The notes under the pieces were generated by a model. The model saw nothing but the letters and a program-made list of their open reading frames with translations, had not been told where the DNA came from and made no database searches. 64,000 nt of DNA from Candidatus Latescibacterota bacterium (GTDB lineage Bacteria > Latescibacterota > UBA2968 > UBA8231), in the NCBI GenBank assembly GCA_965217585.1, contig OZ244561.1, positions 4,544,001-4,608,000 of the forward strand, written 5' to 3'. A program made the translations under genes and the position numbers. Of this stretch, positions 19,541 to 29,650 are shown piece after piece (position 1 is the stretch's first letter; every line of letters starts with the position of its first letter).

Positions 19541-20035
19541 TTATTGGTCCGCTAAAGGGCCGAGCAATTCGTCTAGTTTGGCCTTGAGCTTTTTTTCGTC
19601 TCCGGGCCGATACCCTTGGTGCTTGTACCACACCGTCCCGTCGGCTGCAATAATCAGGGTCGCCGGGACGCCCGCTAGGTGGAACTGCTTGAGCACCTCG
19701 TTGGTCTTGTCGAGCAAGACCGGCAACTTGAGCTTGTGGCGCTGCATAAAGGGCCGCACTTTGGGCAGGTTTCTGGGGCCATCGACATTGATCGTCAGTA
19801 CTTGGACGCCGCGCTTGGCGTATTCTTCAGAGAGGGATTGGAGCTTGGGCAGGCTCTTGATACAGGGCTTGCACCAAGTCGCCCAGAAGTCGAAGACCAC
19901 CGGCCCTTTTTTGAGCGCCTCCACCAGCGAGAAGGTCGATCCGTCGAGATTTTCCAACACGAGTTGCGGTGCCTTTTCGGCGCGAGCCGAGCCGCTGAGT
20001 AGCAAGCAGGTTGTCAATGCGAAAATTGGTTTCAT
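19541..20035 (-). CDS. Exported TlpA/ResA-like thiol-disulfide oxidoreductase
   Basis: Signal peptide; DFWATWCKPC; GVP cis-Pro loop. Confidence 0.92.
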   Translation of the reverse strand: MKPIFALTTCLLLSGSARAEKAPQLVLENLDGSTFSLVEALKKGPVVFDFWATWCKPCIKSLPKLQSLSEEYAKRGVQVLTINVDGPRNLPKVRPFMQRHKLKLPVLLDKTNEVLKQFHLAGVPATLIIAADGTVWYKHQGYRPGDEKKLKAKLDELLGPLADQ

Positions 20036-20080
20036 TTTAAGGCTCCGTTCCTATAGCAATCCTCAATCATTCACAAGATG

Positions 20081-20109
20081 ATCCGCAGATGGACGCAGAT
20101 GGACGCAGA
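20081..20109 (+). repeat. ATC(CGCAGATG[A/G]A)n decamer repeat element, copy 1 of 4
   Basis: Other copies at 21708-21738, 24576-24604 and 34080-34108. Confidence 0.85.
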
Positions 20110-20184
20110 ATAGTATTCACAAGACGATCCACCTATCGAATCGTTCAAGTCATTCAGGACTGCTATATCTATAGGATTCAAATC

Positions 20185-21708
20185 ATGCGCTCAGTTTTTG
20201 CATTTGTACTGCTGCTGGCAGCCCCCCTCCAAGCCGAGTTTAGACTTTCGACCCTGACCGAAGCCCAAGTCGGCAATCTGCCCGGCGCGCAGCCCAGCGA
20301 TTTGCGGACGATCTACCATCAGTTCAGCCTCGACTATGCAGTCGCCGACCTCCAGTTCGGGGTTCGCGGCGAGACCTTCGGCGCTAGCGCCTCCAGCCGC
20401 AACTACGGCGAGCTTCTCCAGCGCTCCGCTGTCTATCGCCGGAGTGGCTTTGAGGCCACTATTGGCAATTTCTACACCATCGTCGGCAGCGGCCTGCTCC
20501 TCCACGCCTTTGAACTGCCCGGCGTCATCACCGAGGAGCGGGGTGCTCGCCGCCGCTACCAGATCGTGCGCGATCTCGACGGCGTTCAGGCGCGCTATCG
20601 CGCCAAGCGGGCCGAAGTGTTGCTGTTGCGCGGCGCGCCGGTCAACAGCACGCTGCCGCCTGGCTTGGAGGGGGTTGAGCGCCGCCCGGACGCGCTCCAC
20701 GCCGGCTCGCTCCAGCTCAAGCCGCACCCGCATTTTGACGTTGGTTTTAGCGCCATCCGCTACGCAATCGGCAGGGGACAGGAAACGAGCGCGGCCTTCA
20801 ATGCCCGCTGGCGACTCGCGTCTGTGCTGGCTCGTCTCGGCCTCACCGGAGTGTATGCCGATGTCCAAGGCGAGTACGCCCAGCGCGATGTGGCGCTCAA
20901 GCGCTTCTTTTCGCTCGACCGCAGTTTGGGCCGCGCCCTGTATCTGGCGGCCACCTTGGCGTCCGGGCCGTGGGGATTGAGCTTGGAATACAAAGACTAC
21001 CAAGATTTCGCCCTCGAACACATCAACAATCCGCCGCCCCTGATCCGCGAACACTCGGCCTATCTCCTCAACCGCATCACGCACGATGTGCTCGCCGATG
21101 ACGAGCAGGGCTACCAAGCTGAACTGAGTTATGTACTACCCAGCGGTCAGACCCTCACTGCCAATGCGACTCGCGCCACGCGCCGCCGCGATCCAGGCTC
21201 AGCCGACGACAACGCCCTGCGCGAATTCTTTGTGGAGCTGGAATCGCCCTTGGGCCAACGCGCCGATGTGCAGCTTTTTGCCGACTTCAGTCACAACCAG
21301 ATTCTCCTCGACGACAAAAGCCGTCTCTTGGGCACGCGCTGGGCGTGGTCTCCAGACGGGTTCTACACCTTTGAACTCGACGCCCAATTCCAAGACGTCG
21401 ATCGGCGGTTTGGCACCCTAGCGCTTCCTTACACCAATCACTACTATGCTCTAGCAGTCCACCGCGCCCCCAGCCTCTCCGCCGCCGTGCAGATTCAGCG
21501 CACCTCCGACAAATTGGAAACCGGGGCCGATCCCTCCGGCATCACTTGGTGGCGGGGCCTCAACATCGGTGCCGACATTGGCGAGGGCCACATCATCAAT
21601 GTTTTCGCCGGCCAGCGCCGCTCGGGCTTGGCCTGCACGGCCGGCATCTGCTATGAGGTGTTAGGGTTTAAGGGCGTTGAAGTCCGGCTGCTCAACCGCT
21701 TCTTCTGA
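20185..21708 (+). CDS. Outer-membrane beta-barrel-like protein (DUF6029-like)
   Basis: Signal peptide, amphipathic beta strands, GNFYTIVGSGLLL, NNPPPLIREH, C-terminal GLACTAGICYEVLGFKG...RFF. Confidence 0.7.
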   Translation: MRSVFAFVLLLAAPLQAEFRLSTLTEAQVGNLPGAQPSDLRTIYHQFSLDYAVADLQFGVRGETFGASASSRNYGELLQRSAVYRRSGFEATIGNFYTIVGSGLLLHAFELPGVITEERGARRRYQIVRDLDGVQARYRAKRAEVLLLRGAPVNSTLPPGLEGVERRPDALHAGSLQLKPHPHFDVGFSAIRYAIGRGQETSAAFNARWRLASVLARLGLTGVYADVQGEYAQRDVALKRFFSLDRSLGRALYLAATLASGPWGLSLEYKDYQDFALEHINNPPPLIREHSAYLLNRITHDVLADDEQGYQAELSYVLPSGQTLTANATRATRRRDPGSADDNALREFFVELESPLGQRADVQLFADFSHNQILLDDKSRLLGTRWAWSPDGFYTFELDAQFQDVDRRFGTLALPYTNHYYALAVHRAPSLSAAVQIQRTSDKLETGADPSGITWWRGLNIGADIGEGHIINVFAGQRRSGLACTAGICYEVLGFKGVEVRLLNRFF

Positions 21709-21754
21709 TCCGCAGATGAACGCAGATGAACGCAGATGTTGCTTGGATGTGCCC

Positions 21755-22597
21755 CTACCTAAGCAGCAGCAGCTTGCGGACCTCTGTGTACTCGTCGGCT
21801 CGCAACTGGTACAGATACACTCCGCTGGTCACCGCTTGCCCCGCTTGGTCGCGGCCGTCCCAGCGCACGGAGAACGTTCCGGCCACGCTCGGCCCTTGTA
21901 CAAGCACGGTCACCGGCTGGCCGAGCAGATTATAGATCGTCAGCTCGACTTGGCTCGGCTGCGGCAGCGCGAAGCGGATCACCGTATTGCTGTTGAACGG
22001 ATTGGGCGCGTTTTGCGCTAGGGCGAAGGCTTGGGGGACGGATGCCTGATCAGACGTTTCCACCGCCGTTTCCACCGTTTCCACTACTTCCTCCTCGATG
22101 GGAGGTAGATCGGCCAGCGCCAGCACCACCTCGTCGCGGAGTTCGCCCACGGGCATCAAGGATTTGGTCTTGAGGCGGAAGATGCCCTCGTGGTCAATGA
22201 TGGCAAAGGTCTGGTTCCCTTGCCCATACGCGATAGCCATCTGGCTGGCCTTCAGCAAGAGGGGCATCGTAACTCCCTTGCCTAATCGCCAGCGGGTGCG
22301 CAACTGTTCCGCGGTGCCGTCCCACACCTCGGCCCCCAGCGCGACAAAGCGCTCGTCGGCAAATTCCTGCCAGAGTTCTTCGAAGCTCTCGGCACGCGAG
22401 AGACAGGCCGGTCAGTTAAAGCCAAAAAAGAAAATCAGCACGACTTGGCCCTCGAAGTCGCTCAGGGCTGCTTGGCCGCCGTCGAGCCGGTCTAAGAGGA
22501 AATCGGGGGCCAGGTCTCCTTCTTGCGGCGCTTGGGCGTCTAGGGCAGAGGCCCCCAACACCGCTAAAGTTGTCAAATGCAACAAAGGTTTGTTCAT
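21755..22597 (-). CDS. Secreted AhpC/TSA-redoxin selenoprotein (UxxC) with C-terminal FlgD-Ig/secretion-type domain, 280 aa
   Basis: ORFs 22412-22597 and 21755-22327 are one frame separated only by TGA (22412-22414) in VVLIFFFGFN-U-PAC; AAGGAGG RBS; signal peptide; NAPNPFN...WDGRD tail. Confidence 0.88.
22386..22402 (-). promoter_or_regulatory. Putative bacterial SECIS hairpin CUCUCG-CGUGC-CGAGAG
   Basis: Stem begins 9 nt after the in-frame UGA; loop has GU at positions 2-3. Confidence 0.55.
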
Positions 22598-22608
22598 AAC
22601 CAGCCTCC

Positions 22609-23469
22609 TTAGTTTTGCCGCACGAACTTCTGAATGCGGTGGTCGGCCTGCACTTCACCCACGTAGAGGTCGCCTTTTGAGTTCATCCAGATGCCGTGGG
22701 GACAGCCGAGGAATTCCCCGAGTTGGTCGCTGCGCTCGCCCGATCCCCACTGAGCAAGCCATTCGCCGTCGAGGTTAAGAATGCTCACCCGCTGGTCGAG
22801 TTCCGCGACATAGACCGTATCTCCGTCGAGGAAGATCGTATCGGGATGGTGAAAGCCGCCCCATTCCTCTAGGTAATTGCCGTCGAGATCGAAGAACTGG
22901 ATGCGGTTGTTGGCGCGGTCGGCCACCATCAGCCGTCCGCGCTGGTCCACGCGCACGCAGTGGGGCAGATCGAACTCCCCTGGGCCGGTGCCGGGACGGC
23001 CCCACGTCTTGATGAATTCGCCGTCGGGTGAATACTTGTGGATGCAGGTGTTGCCGTAGCCGTCAGACACGTAGATACAGCCGTCGGCGTCGAGCGCCAA
23101 GTCGGTAGGCAACCGGAAGGGCTGGCCGTCCGCGCCCTCTTGGTCCGGCGTCCCCAAGGTCATCAGCAGTTCGCCGTCGCGGGTGAACTGGCGCACGCAG
23201 TGGGTTTCGCGCTCGACGCACCAGATTTGGTCGCGGTCGTCGATAAAGATGCCGTGGGCGTCCTTCAGTACCTCGTCGCCCCACGAGGCGATGAAGCGCC
23301 CCTCGCTGTCGAAGACGATCATGGGATGCTCGCTGCGGCTGTACACATAGACCCGATCTGCGGAATCGCAGGCTACGGCCGGAACCCAGCCAAAGCGCCA
23401 GCCGTCCGGCAACTCGAACCAATCTTGCTGCACTTCATAGGTGAATGCTCCGCTGCCTACTAAAGTCAT
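22609..23469 (-). CDS. NHL-repeat protein (peptidyl-alpha-hydroxyglycine lyase-like)
   Basis: IYVSDGYGN, GPGEFDLPH, VADRANNRIQFF repeats. Confidence 0.9.
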   Translation of the reverse strand: MTLVGSGAFTYEVQQDWFELPDGWRFGWVPAVACDSADRVYVYSRSEHPMIVFDSEGRFIASWGDEVLKDAHGIFIDDRDQIWCVERETHCVRQFTRDGELLMTLGTPDQEGADGQPFRLPTDLALDADGCIYVSDGYGNTCIHKYSPDGEFIKTWGRPGTGPGEFDLPHCVRVDQRGRLMVADRANNRIQFFDLDGNYLEEWGGFHHPDTIFLDGDTVYVAELDQRVSILNLDGEWLAQWGSGERSDQLGEFLGCPHGIWMNSKGDLYVGEVQADHRIQKFVRQN

Positions 23470-23515
23470 GGGATGCTCCTCTTTGCAATGATCTTCGCGT
23501 TTCTCCGTAGATAAC

Positions 23516-24439
23516 TCAAATTCCCCGCAATCTCTCTATCTCGTCGGCGGGCAAAAGCTGTGCTCCGGCTGCAGCGTTGGCGCGGGCTTGGGCCGCCGAT
23601 TTGGCACCGGGGATGGCCACTGGCGCGGCTGGATGGGAGATGACGTACTGGAGGGCTTTTTCCACCATGGTCTCTCCGGGCGCGGCGACCTCGGCGAGGC
23701 GCTCGACTTGTGCTAGCTGAGCCTCGAATTTGGCGCGCTGTGGCTCGCCGGCGTTGAGGGGCTGCCGCACTTCGTCGGTAAAAACCGACTCTTTCGTGTA
23801 GCGCCCAGACAAAAGTCCCTTGGCCAGTGGCCCCCGCACCAGCACGGCAATGCCGTGCTCTTGGCAATAGGGTAAAAGCTCGGCTTCGGCCTGGAGGTTG
23901 ACCAGCGAATAGTCTATCTCCACCACCGAGCAGTCGCCTTGGGCGTTGAAGCGCTGGAGCACTTCTAGGCTGTCGGTCGAAATGCCGAAGGCCCGCAGCC
24001 GCCCTTCCTCGACGAGTGCAGCGAAAGCATCCAAGTAGATCGATGGATCGGCGATGTTGCCTTCGTGGCACAGCAGCACATCGTGCCAGTCCGTGCGCAG
24101 CCGGTGCAGAGAGGCGTGGGCGCACAGGCGGATCATATCGACCGTGGTTTTGGGCACGCCCTGCCCGGTGCGCGTCCCCCAATTGCCGATTTTGCTGACC
24201 ACAAAAACTTGGTGCCGGATGCCGGCCAAGGCGCGCCCCAACCGCTCCTCCGACAGCCCGTTGGGCGTGCCGTAGGACTCGGCTGCGTCGAAGAGATTGA
24301 CGCCGCAATCAAAGGCTGTGTTCACGGTGTCCCAAGCTGTGGCTTCGTCGATGGTTCCCCATTGGTTGCCAATGTTCCAAGTTCCCAAACCGATGGCCGA
24401 GACCGGCCAGCCGGTCCGGCCAAATGCTCTGTACAACAT
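23516..24439 (-). CDS. Aldo/keto reductase
   Basis: VSAIGLGTW, FDAAESYG, RGPLAKGLLSG, IPGAKS. Confidence 0.92.
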   Translation of the reverse strand: MLYRAFGRTGWPVSAIGLGTWNIGNQWGTIDEATAWDTVNTAFDCGVNLFDAAESYGTPNGLSEERLGRALAGIRHQVFVVSKIGNWGTRTGQGVPKTTVDMIRLCAHASLHRLRTDWHDVLLCHEGNIADPSIYLDAFAALVEEGRLRAFGISTDSLEVLQRFNAQGDCSVVEIDYSLVNLQAEAELLPYCQEHGIAVLVRGPLAKGLLSGRYTKESVFTDEVRQPLNAGEPQRAKFEAQLAQVERLAEVAAPGETMVEKALQYVISHPAAPVAIPGAKSAAQARANAAAGAQLLPADEIERLRGI

Positions 24440-24645
24440 GGGTGGTCTCCTTTCTGAGTTTCAAGGTAAGCCACCGCCTGCGCCGGTCAAGCGGTGCGCG
24501 TTGCTGGGGATAGCCGAGGTGCCTACTTTAGAAGCCGTCTGAAAACCCCTCGCGGCTGTCGTCCGGCGGCAAAGTATCCGCAGATGAACGCAGATGAACG
24601 CAGAGGGGGATAACGGGCGGCATCTTAATGCCTTGGGAGGCTGCT

Positions 24646-24846
24646 ATGGAATACTTTGGCAAAGGGCTGTACCTAATTTTCTTCGCGCTAATTTTCTGGT
24701 TTGTCCACCGGGCTCACGGTCGCGGCCTCGGCCGCCTCGTCGAGGACAACCACCGGGCACACGAGCGGGTCCACCACACCCTAAAAGAGCACCCGGAGGG
24801 CGGCACGTGGCCCCAATACAAGCAATGGATGGAGGAGGCAGCATGA
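24646..24846 (+). CDS. Small membrane protein
   Basis: GGAGG RBS, N-terminal TM helix, ATGA overlap with msrA. Confidence 0.6.
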   Translation: MEYFGKGLYLIFFALIFWFVHRAHGRGLGRLVEDNHRAHERVHHTLKEHPEGGTWPQYKQWMEEAA

Positions 24847-25385
24847 CTTTGGAAACTACTACTTTGGGCGCGGGTTGCTTCTGGTGCGTCGAAGCCGTGT
24901 ATCAAGACCTGCGGGGGGTCGCCAGCGCGGTCTCCGGCTATATGGGCGGTCCGTCGGAGCACCCCACATACCAAGCCGTTTGCAGCGGCCAGACCGGCCA
25001 CGCCGAGGTCTTACAACTGCAATTCGACCCCGAGGTCACTAGCTTTGACGATTTGCTCTACATATTCTGGCGCACGCACGACCCCACCACGCTCAACCGC
25101 CAGGGCGCGGACTCCGGCACCCAGTACCGCTCGGCGATTTTCTACCACAGCCCTGAGCAGCAAGCGATAGCTGCCGCCTCCAAGTCCGCCACGGACGCGA
25201 GCGACCTCTGGGCCGATCCGATTGTGACCGAGATCGCGCCCGCCAGCGCCTTTTGGCCGGCCGAGTCGTATCACCAAAACTACTACCGGCTCAACCCCAA
25301 CCAGCCCTACTGCGCGATAGTTATCGATCCCAAGATGCAGGCGTTCCGCCGGAAGTTTGCCGGCCGCCTCCAGCCGACTGCCTAG
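24843..25385 (+). CDS. msrA: Peptide-methionine (S)-S-oxide reductase
   Basis: GAGCFWC, TGHAEV, HDPTTLNRQG, QYRS, AESYHQNY. Confidence 0.96.
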   Translation: MTLETTTLGAGCFWCVEAVYQDLRGVASAVSGYMGGPSEHPTYQAVCSGQTGHAEVLQLQFDPEVTSFDDLLYIFWRTHDPTTLNRQGADSGTQYRSAIFYHSPEQQAIAAASKSATDASDLWADPIVTEIAPASAFWPAESYHQNYYRLNPNQPYCAIVIDPKMQAFRRKFAGRLQPTA

Positions 25386-25390
25386 GCGTC

Positions 25391-26542
25391 GTGTCCACTG
25401 CCATCAGCCGGCTGCACGCCGCGGACTTTGAAGAGGCCCTCGACGTCCTCAACCTCGCCTTTGGCAAAGCGCCGCCCCGGGATTTTGAGGCCATTTTGCC
25501 GGCTCTGTACCGGTGTGGGGAAGAGGAGATGAACTGGAACTTTGCCTTGCGCGAAAGCGGTCGCATCCGCGCCATCGTCGGGCTGTTCCCCCTCGCTTAC
25601 CGCTGGGGAGGTGCGACTCTGCGCGTGGCTGGTATCGGCGGTGTCTCCTGCCATCCGCACGCCCGCGGCCGGGGCTACATGCAGCAGCTCATGGCCCATT
25701 GCGTCCAAGCCGCGCCCGCGGAGGGTTTTCACCTGTCTTGGCTGGGGGGACAGCGCCAGCGCTACGGCTATTCCGGCTACGAGAAGTGCGGCGTTTACTA
25801 CCGGCTGACGCTGAGCCAAACCAATGTGCGCCACGCCTTGGGGTCCGCCGATTTCGGGATTGACTTTCGTCCGCTTGAGCGCGAGGACCATACGCACCTG
25901 CAAGGCGTAATCGGCCTGCACGACGCTCAGCCGTTTCGCGGGGTGCGCGCCCCGCCCCGCTTCTACGACCTGCTCCTGAGCTGGGGTCACCGGCCCTATG
26001 TGGCCCGCTCGCGCGATGGCCGCATGATCGGCTATCTCGTCGCTCAGGCCGACCGGACGTGCGTCACCGAACTGTTGGCCGTCAATGAGGGCGAGCCTGA
26101 GTTGGATATAGCCGCTGCTTGGGTGCAGCGCCACGGGAATACCTGCTTTGAGCTGCCGCCTTGGAGCCGCCTCCTGCCCAAGCTGGCCCAGCTCTGCGAA
26201 GGCGCGAGCGCATCGAGTTCGGGCAATTGGCAAATTTTTGATTGGGCGGCAACGCTCGACGCCTTGCTCAAGACGTGCGCCGCGCTGGTGCCGCTGATGG
26301 ACGGCGCGGTCGTCGTGGAGATTGCGGGTTACGGCCGGGTGGCGCTGGAGGTGCGAGGCAACGCCGCGCAGTGCGTCCGCACCGAGGCCGCGCCCGTGCT
26401 GCAAATGGACACCTTTACGGCCATGCGCCTGCTCTGCGGCCCCCTGCCGCCCTCGCTCGTATCGCCTCTGCCTGCTGCGGCCGCCCCACTCGAACAGTGG
26501 TGCCCTCTGCCGCTTTTTTTAGGCCGCCAAGACGCAGTCTAA
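25391..26542 (+). CDS. GNAT acetyltransferase (Eis-like)
   Basis: GIGGVSCHPHARGRGYMQQLM; GQRQRY. Confidence 0.8.
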   Translation: MSTAISRLHAADFEEALDVLNLAFGKAPPRDFEAILPALYRCGEEEMNWNFALRESGRIRAIVGLFPLAYRWGGATLRVAGIGGVSCHPHARGRGYMQQLMAHCVQAAPAEGFHLSWLGGQRQRYGYSGYEKCGVYYRLTLSQTNVRHALGSADFGIDFRPLEREDHTHLQGVIGLHDAQPFRGVRAPPRFYDLLLSWGHRPYVARSRDGRMIGYLVAQADRTCVTELLAVNEGEPELDIAAAWVQRHGNTCFELPPWSRLLPKLAQLCEGASASSSGNWQIFDWAATLDALLKTCAALVPLMDGAVVVEIAGYGRVALEVRGNAAQCVRTEAAPVLQMDTFTAMRLLCGPLPPSLVSPLPAAAAPLEQWCPLPLFLGRQDAV

Positions 26543-27474
26543 GGCGTCAGTACCCGCTCGACGAATAGCTCGAGAAAGCGCGCCCGCTCCACGTCCATCG
26601 CACACGCTACGGGCTGTCCCTGCGGCTTTTGCTCGCTCGCCAAGGCACGCTGGTCAACTACCAACTGCCCGGCGGTCAACTCGCCGGTGGTCTCCACATC
26701 CACCCACAGTCGCTGCGTGCGAAAGAGCTGCGGCCACAGGGCCGCTCCCAAGGCCACGGGATCGTGCACGTGCATTCCGGCAAACCCGTAGTGCGCGGAC
26801 TCAAAGGCTATCACCGGCTCACACGCCGCTCGGCAAAACGCAGTGCGCGCCCCTGCGCAACTTTGCAAGGCGGCCTGCTCCAGCACGACCTGCTCGGTGA
26901 CGTCGAGCCCTACTAACACCAGCTCGGCCTCGGACGCGAGGACTTGGCGCGCTGCGTGCGGGTCGGCGTAGAAATTGAACTCGGCCGTTGGCGTGACATT
27001 GCCCGGCACTCGCATGGCTCCGCCCATGATCACCACTTGACGCGCCCGCCGCAGCACGCCCGGCACCTGCGCCTCGGCCCGCGCCAAGTTGGTCAACGGC
27101 CCGGTGGCGACGAGAGTCACCTCTCCGGGACGCGCCTGCAAGGTGTTCAGCAGAAATTCCACCCCGTCGCCCGCTGGTGAGGTGCGCGCCTCGGGCAACT
27201 GGGCCGCGCCTAGTCCCGTCACGCCGTGAACATCCGCTGCCGCGACTGCGTTCCGTACCAAGGGCCGCTCTGCACCGGCGTAAACAGGAACGTCGGCCCG
27301 CCCCGCCCACTGCAACAGGCGCAGTGTGTTGTCGGTAGTCCGCGGTAGCGGCACATTGCCGGCCACCGTAGAGACGCCCACTAGCTCGACCTCGGGCGAG
27401 GACAAGGCCAAGAGCAGGGCGAGGGCATCGTCAACGCCCGTATCGACGTCCATAATCAGGGGAGTTGCAGGCAA
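26539..27474 (-). CDS. Nucleoside hydrolase
   Basis: DVDTGVDDALAL, GPLTNLA, AEFNFYADPHAA, HDP. Confidence 0.93.
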   Translation of the reverse strand: MPATPLIMDVDTGVDDALALLLALSSPEVELVGVSTVAGNVPLPRTTDNTLRLLQWAGRADVPVYAGAERPLVRNAVAAADVHGVTGLGAAQLPEARTSPAGDGVEFLLNTLQARPGEVTLVATGPLTNLARAEAQVPGVLRRARQVVIMGGAMRVPGNVTPTAEFNFYADPHAARQVLASEAELVLVGLDVTEQVVLEQAALQSCAGARTAFCRAACEPVIAFESAHYGFAGMHVHDPVALGAALWPQLFRTQRLWVDVETTGELTAGQLVVDQRALASEQKPQGQPVACAMDVERARFLELFVERVLTP

Positions 27475-27589
27475 TGCACAGCCTCCTTGTGTCCGTGAAT
27501 TCGTCGCCTTAAAATACCAAATAGCGGCCGCGAGCCAATCGCCGAGCCGCCGCTTACTCCAACCCACCCGTTAGCCGAGGGAATAGCCC

Positions 27590-28483
27590 ATGACTACCGC
27601 CTCCATCGATATAGCTCCCCTGCCGCAAGCCACTTTTGGCAAGACCGGCGCACACGTCCCCTTGCTCGGCTTGGGCACGGCCCCCGGCGGCTTTGGCCTA
27701 GCAGACGCGGATGCCATCGCGCTTTTTGAACGGGCCATTGACCTCGGCGTTACCTACATCGATACGGCCCCCGGCTACGAGCGCGCCCAGAGCCAGCTCG
27801 CCCAGATCGTCCCTCATTGTCGGCGCGAGCTGTTCTTGGTTAGCAAAGCCCACACGGCCCACTACCAAGAGGCGCTCGATATCGTCGAAAAGAACTTGGA
27901 CGCCTTGGGCACTGATCACTTGGACCTGATGTACGTCCACTCGCTGGGGCACTTAGACGTGGAACAAGTGCTGGCCAAAGACGGTGCCCTCGCTGGCTTG
28001 CGCGAAGCGCAGCGTCGCGGTTGGACCCGCTATATCGGCATCACCGCTCACCACGCACCTTGGAAATCCGCCAAGGTCCTGCGCGAGGTCGAGATCGACG
28101 CCTGCATGTTCGCCTTCAACTTCGTCGACTGCCACATTTACAACTTTGAGGAGGTGGTCCTGCCCTTGGCCCGCGCCCAGAGCGCTGGCATTGCCGCGAT
28201 GAAGGTGTACGGCGGGGCCATCGACATGAAGTACGACAAGTCCCGGCCCTCGCAGATGGCCAACAGCGGCTTTGACGATCACGAGCGGGCGCTGCGCTAC
28301 GCCATGGGATTGCCGGGAGTGAGCTTGGCGGTCATTGGAGTCTATAACGAGGAGGAGCTAGTGCAGAATATCGAATGGGTGCGGCGTTACGCGCCGTTAG
28401 ATGCTGGCGAACAACAGGCGCTCCTAGCGCAGGGGCGGGATATGGCGCGTCAATGGGGGCCGCACTACGGGCCGGTGGAGTGA
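27590..28483 (+). CDS. Aldo/keto reductase
   Basis: LGLGTAP, YIDTAPGY, LVSK, AMKVYGG. Confidence 0.9.
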   Translation: MTTASIDIAPLPQATFGKTGAHVPLLGLGTAPGGFGLADADAIALFERAIDLGVTYIDTAPGYERAQSQLAQIVPHCRRELFLVSKAHTAHYQEALDIVEKNLDALGTDHLDLMYVHSLGHLDVEQVLAKDGALAGLREAQRRGWTRYIGITAHHAPWKSAKVLREVEIDACMFAFNFVDCHIYNFEEVVLPLARAQSAGIAAMKVYGGAIDMKYDKSRPSQMANSGFDDHERALRYAMGLPGVSLAVIGVYNEEELVQNIEWVRRYAPLDAGEQQALLAQGRDMARQWGPHYGPVE

Positions 28484-28487
28484 GCCT
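28422..28487 (+). repeat. AKR 3'-end repeat, native copy
   Basis: TCCTAGCGCAGGGGCGGGA...CGTCAATGGGGGCCGCACTACGGGCCGGTGGAGTGAGCCT. Confidence 0.95.
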
Positions 28488-28516
28488 CCGTAATACAAAA
28501 CATTAATGGGGAATTT

Positions 28517-29650
28517 ATGAAAATCACCAAGGTCAAAGCCCTTGTTTCATCAAGCGGCCATTTTTTCGTGAAGGTAGAAACCGATGCTGGCATCTACGGT
28601 CTCGGTGAAGGTGGCGTAAGACGACGTGCCCTCGCCCTAGCCGAAGTCGTTCGCTCTTTTGAACCGTTTCTCATTGGTGCAGACCCGTTCCAAATCGAAC
28701 ATCTGTGGCAAGTGATGTTCCGCGGTGGCTTCTTCCCCGGCGGGGTCGTCCAATCCGCCGCAGTAAGTGCCGTAGATATCGCACTTTGGGACATCAAAGG
28801 AAAAGCACTAAATGTTCCTGTGTACGAACTTTTAGGCGGACGCACGCGAGACAAAGTCGTCTGCTATCCTCACAACGGTGGCGGTACGATTGATGCTCTC
28901 GTTGAGAGCTGTCGAAAAACCCATGCAGCCGGTTGGAAATTCGTCCGCTGGGGCTTGGCTGACGGTGCAGACAAAGGGACGTTTGAACCCAGACGCGCTA
29001 TTCAGCACGGCGTTGAGCAGGTACAGGCAGTTCGCAATGCATTGGGCGACCAGGTCGAAATATTAGTTGACGTGCATACCCGTCTCGACCCAGCGGATAG
29101 TCTCGATTTCTGCAACCGGGTTGCTCCCTACAATCCGTTTTTTATTGAAGATCCGCTGCGGAGTGAAAACCCAGCCAGTCTCCGGCGGCTCCGCCAACAG
29201 ACTTCTGTCCCGCTTGCTGTCGGGGAACAATTTGATAGCAAGTGGACCTTCAGAGAAGTCATTGAGGAGGATCTGATGGATTACTGCCGAGTTGATCTGT
29301 GCATTGCCGGTGGATTGACAGAGGCGCGTAAAATTGCCGGGTGGTGCGAAACGCATTACATCCATCTGGCACCACACAACCCGCTTGGTCCTGTCTCCAC
29401 TGCAGCCTGTCTGCATCTTTGTTTAGCATCCTCACTCGTGGGTGTCCAGGAACTTCCTCGTGCGCCGATGTCTTCACTGACCGATGAGTTTCCGGTGCAG
29501 GTGCCGTTTGAATCTGGTTACCTCTTGCCGCCCGCAGCCCCTGGTCTCGGTATTGAATTCAACGAGGCAGCATTCATCAACGTGTCAACACAGGACTACG
29601 GACCACCCACCGGCTATCAGCGCGATGATGGGTCCTATACAAATTGGTAG
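28517..29650 (+). CDS. Mandelate racemase/muconate lactonizing family sugar-acid dehydratase
   Basis: SAVDIALWDIKGK, VDVHTR, FIEDP, AVGEQ, APHNPLGP; AT-richer codon usage than flanks. Confidence 0.92.
   Translation: MKITKVKALVSSSGHFFVKVETDAGIYGLGEGGVRRRALALAEVVRSFEPFLIGADPFQIEHLWQVMFRGGFFPGGVVQSAAVSAVDIALWDIKGKALNVPVYELLGGRTRDKVVCYPHNGGGTIDALVESCRKTHAAGWKFVRWGLADGADKGTFEPRRAIQHGVEQVQAVRNALGDQVEILVDVHTRLDPADSLDFCNRVAPYNPFFIEDPLRSENPASLRRLRQQTSVPLAVGEQFDSKWTFREVIEEDLMDYCRVDLCIAGGLTEARKIAGWCETHYIHLAPHNPLGPVSTAACLHLCLASSLVGVQELPRAPMSSLTDEFPVQVPFESGYLLPPAAPGLGIEFNEAAFINVSTQDYGPPTGYQRDDGSYTNW

Noticed and set aside
24527-24545. GCCGTCTGAA as a Neisseria-type DNA uptake sequence, or a MITE end
   Set aside because: I noticed only one copy and found no partner inverted repeat
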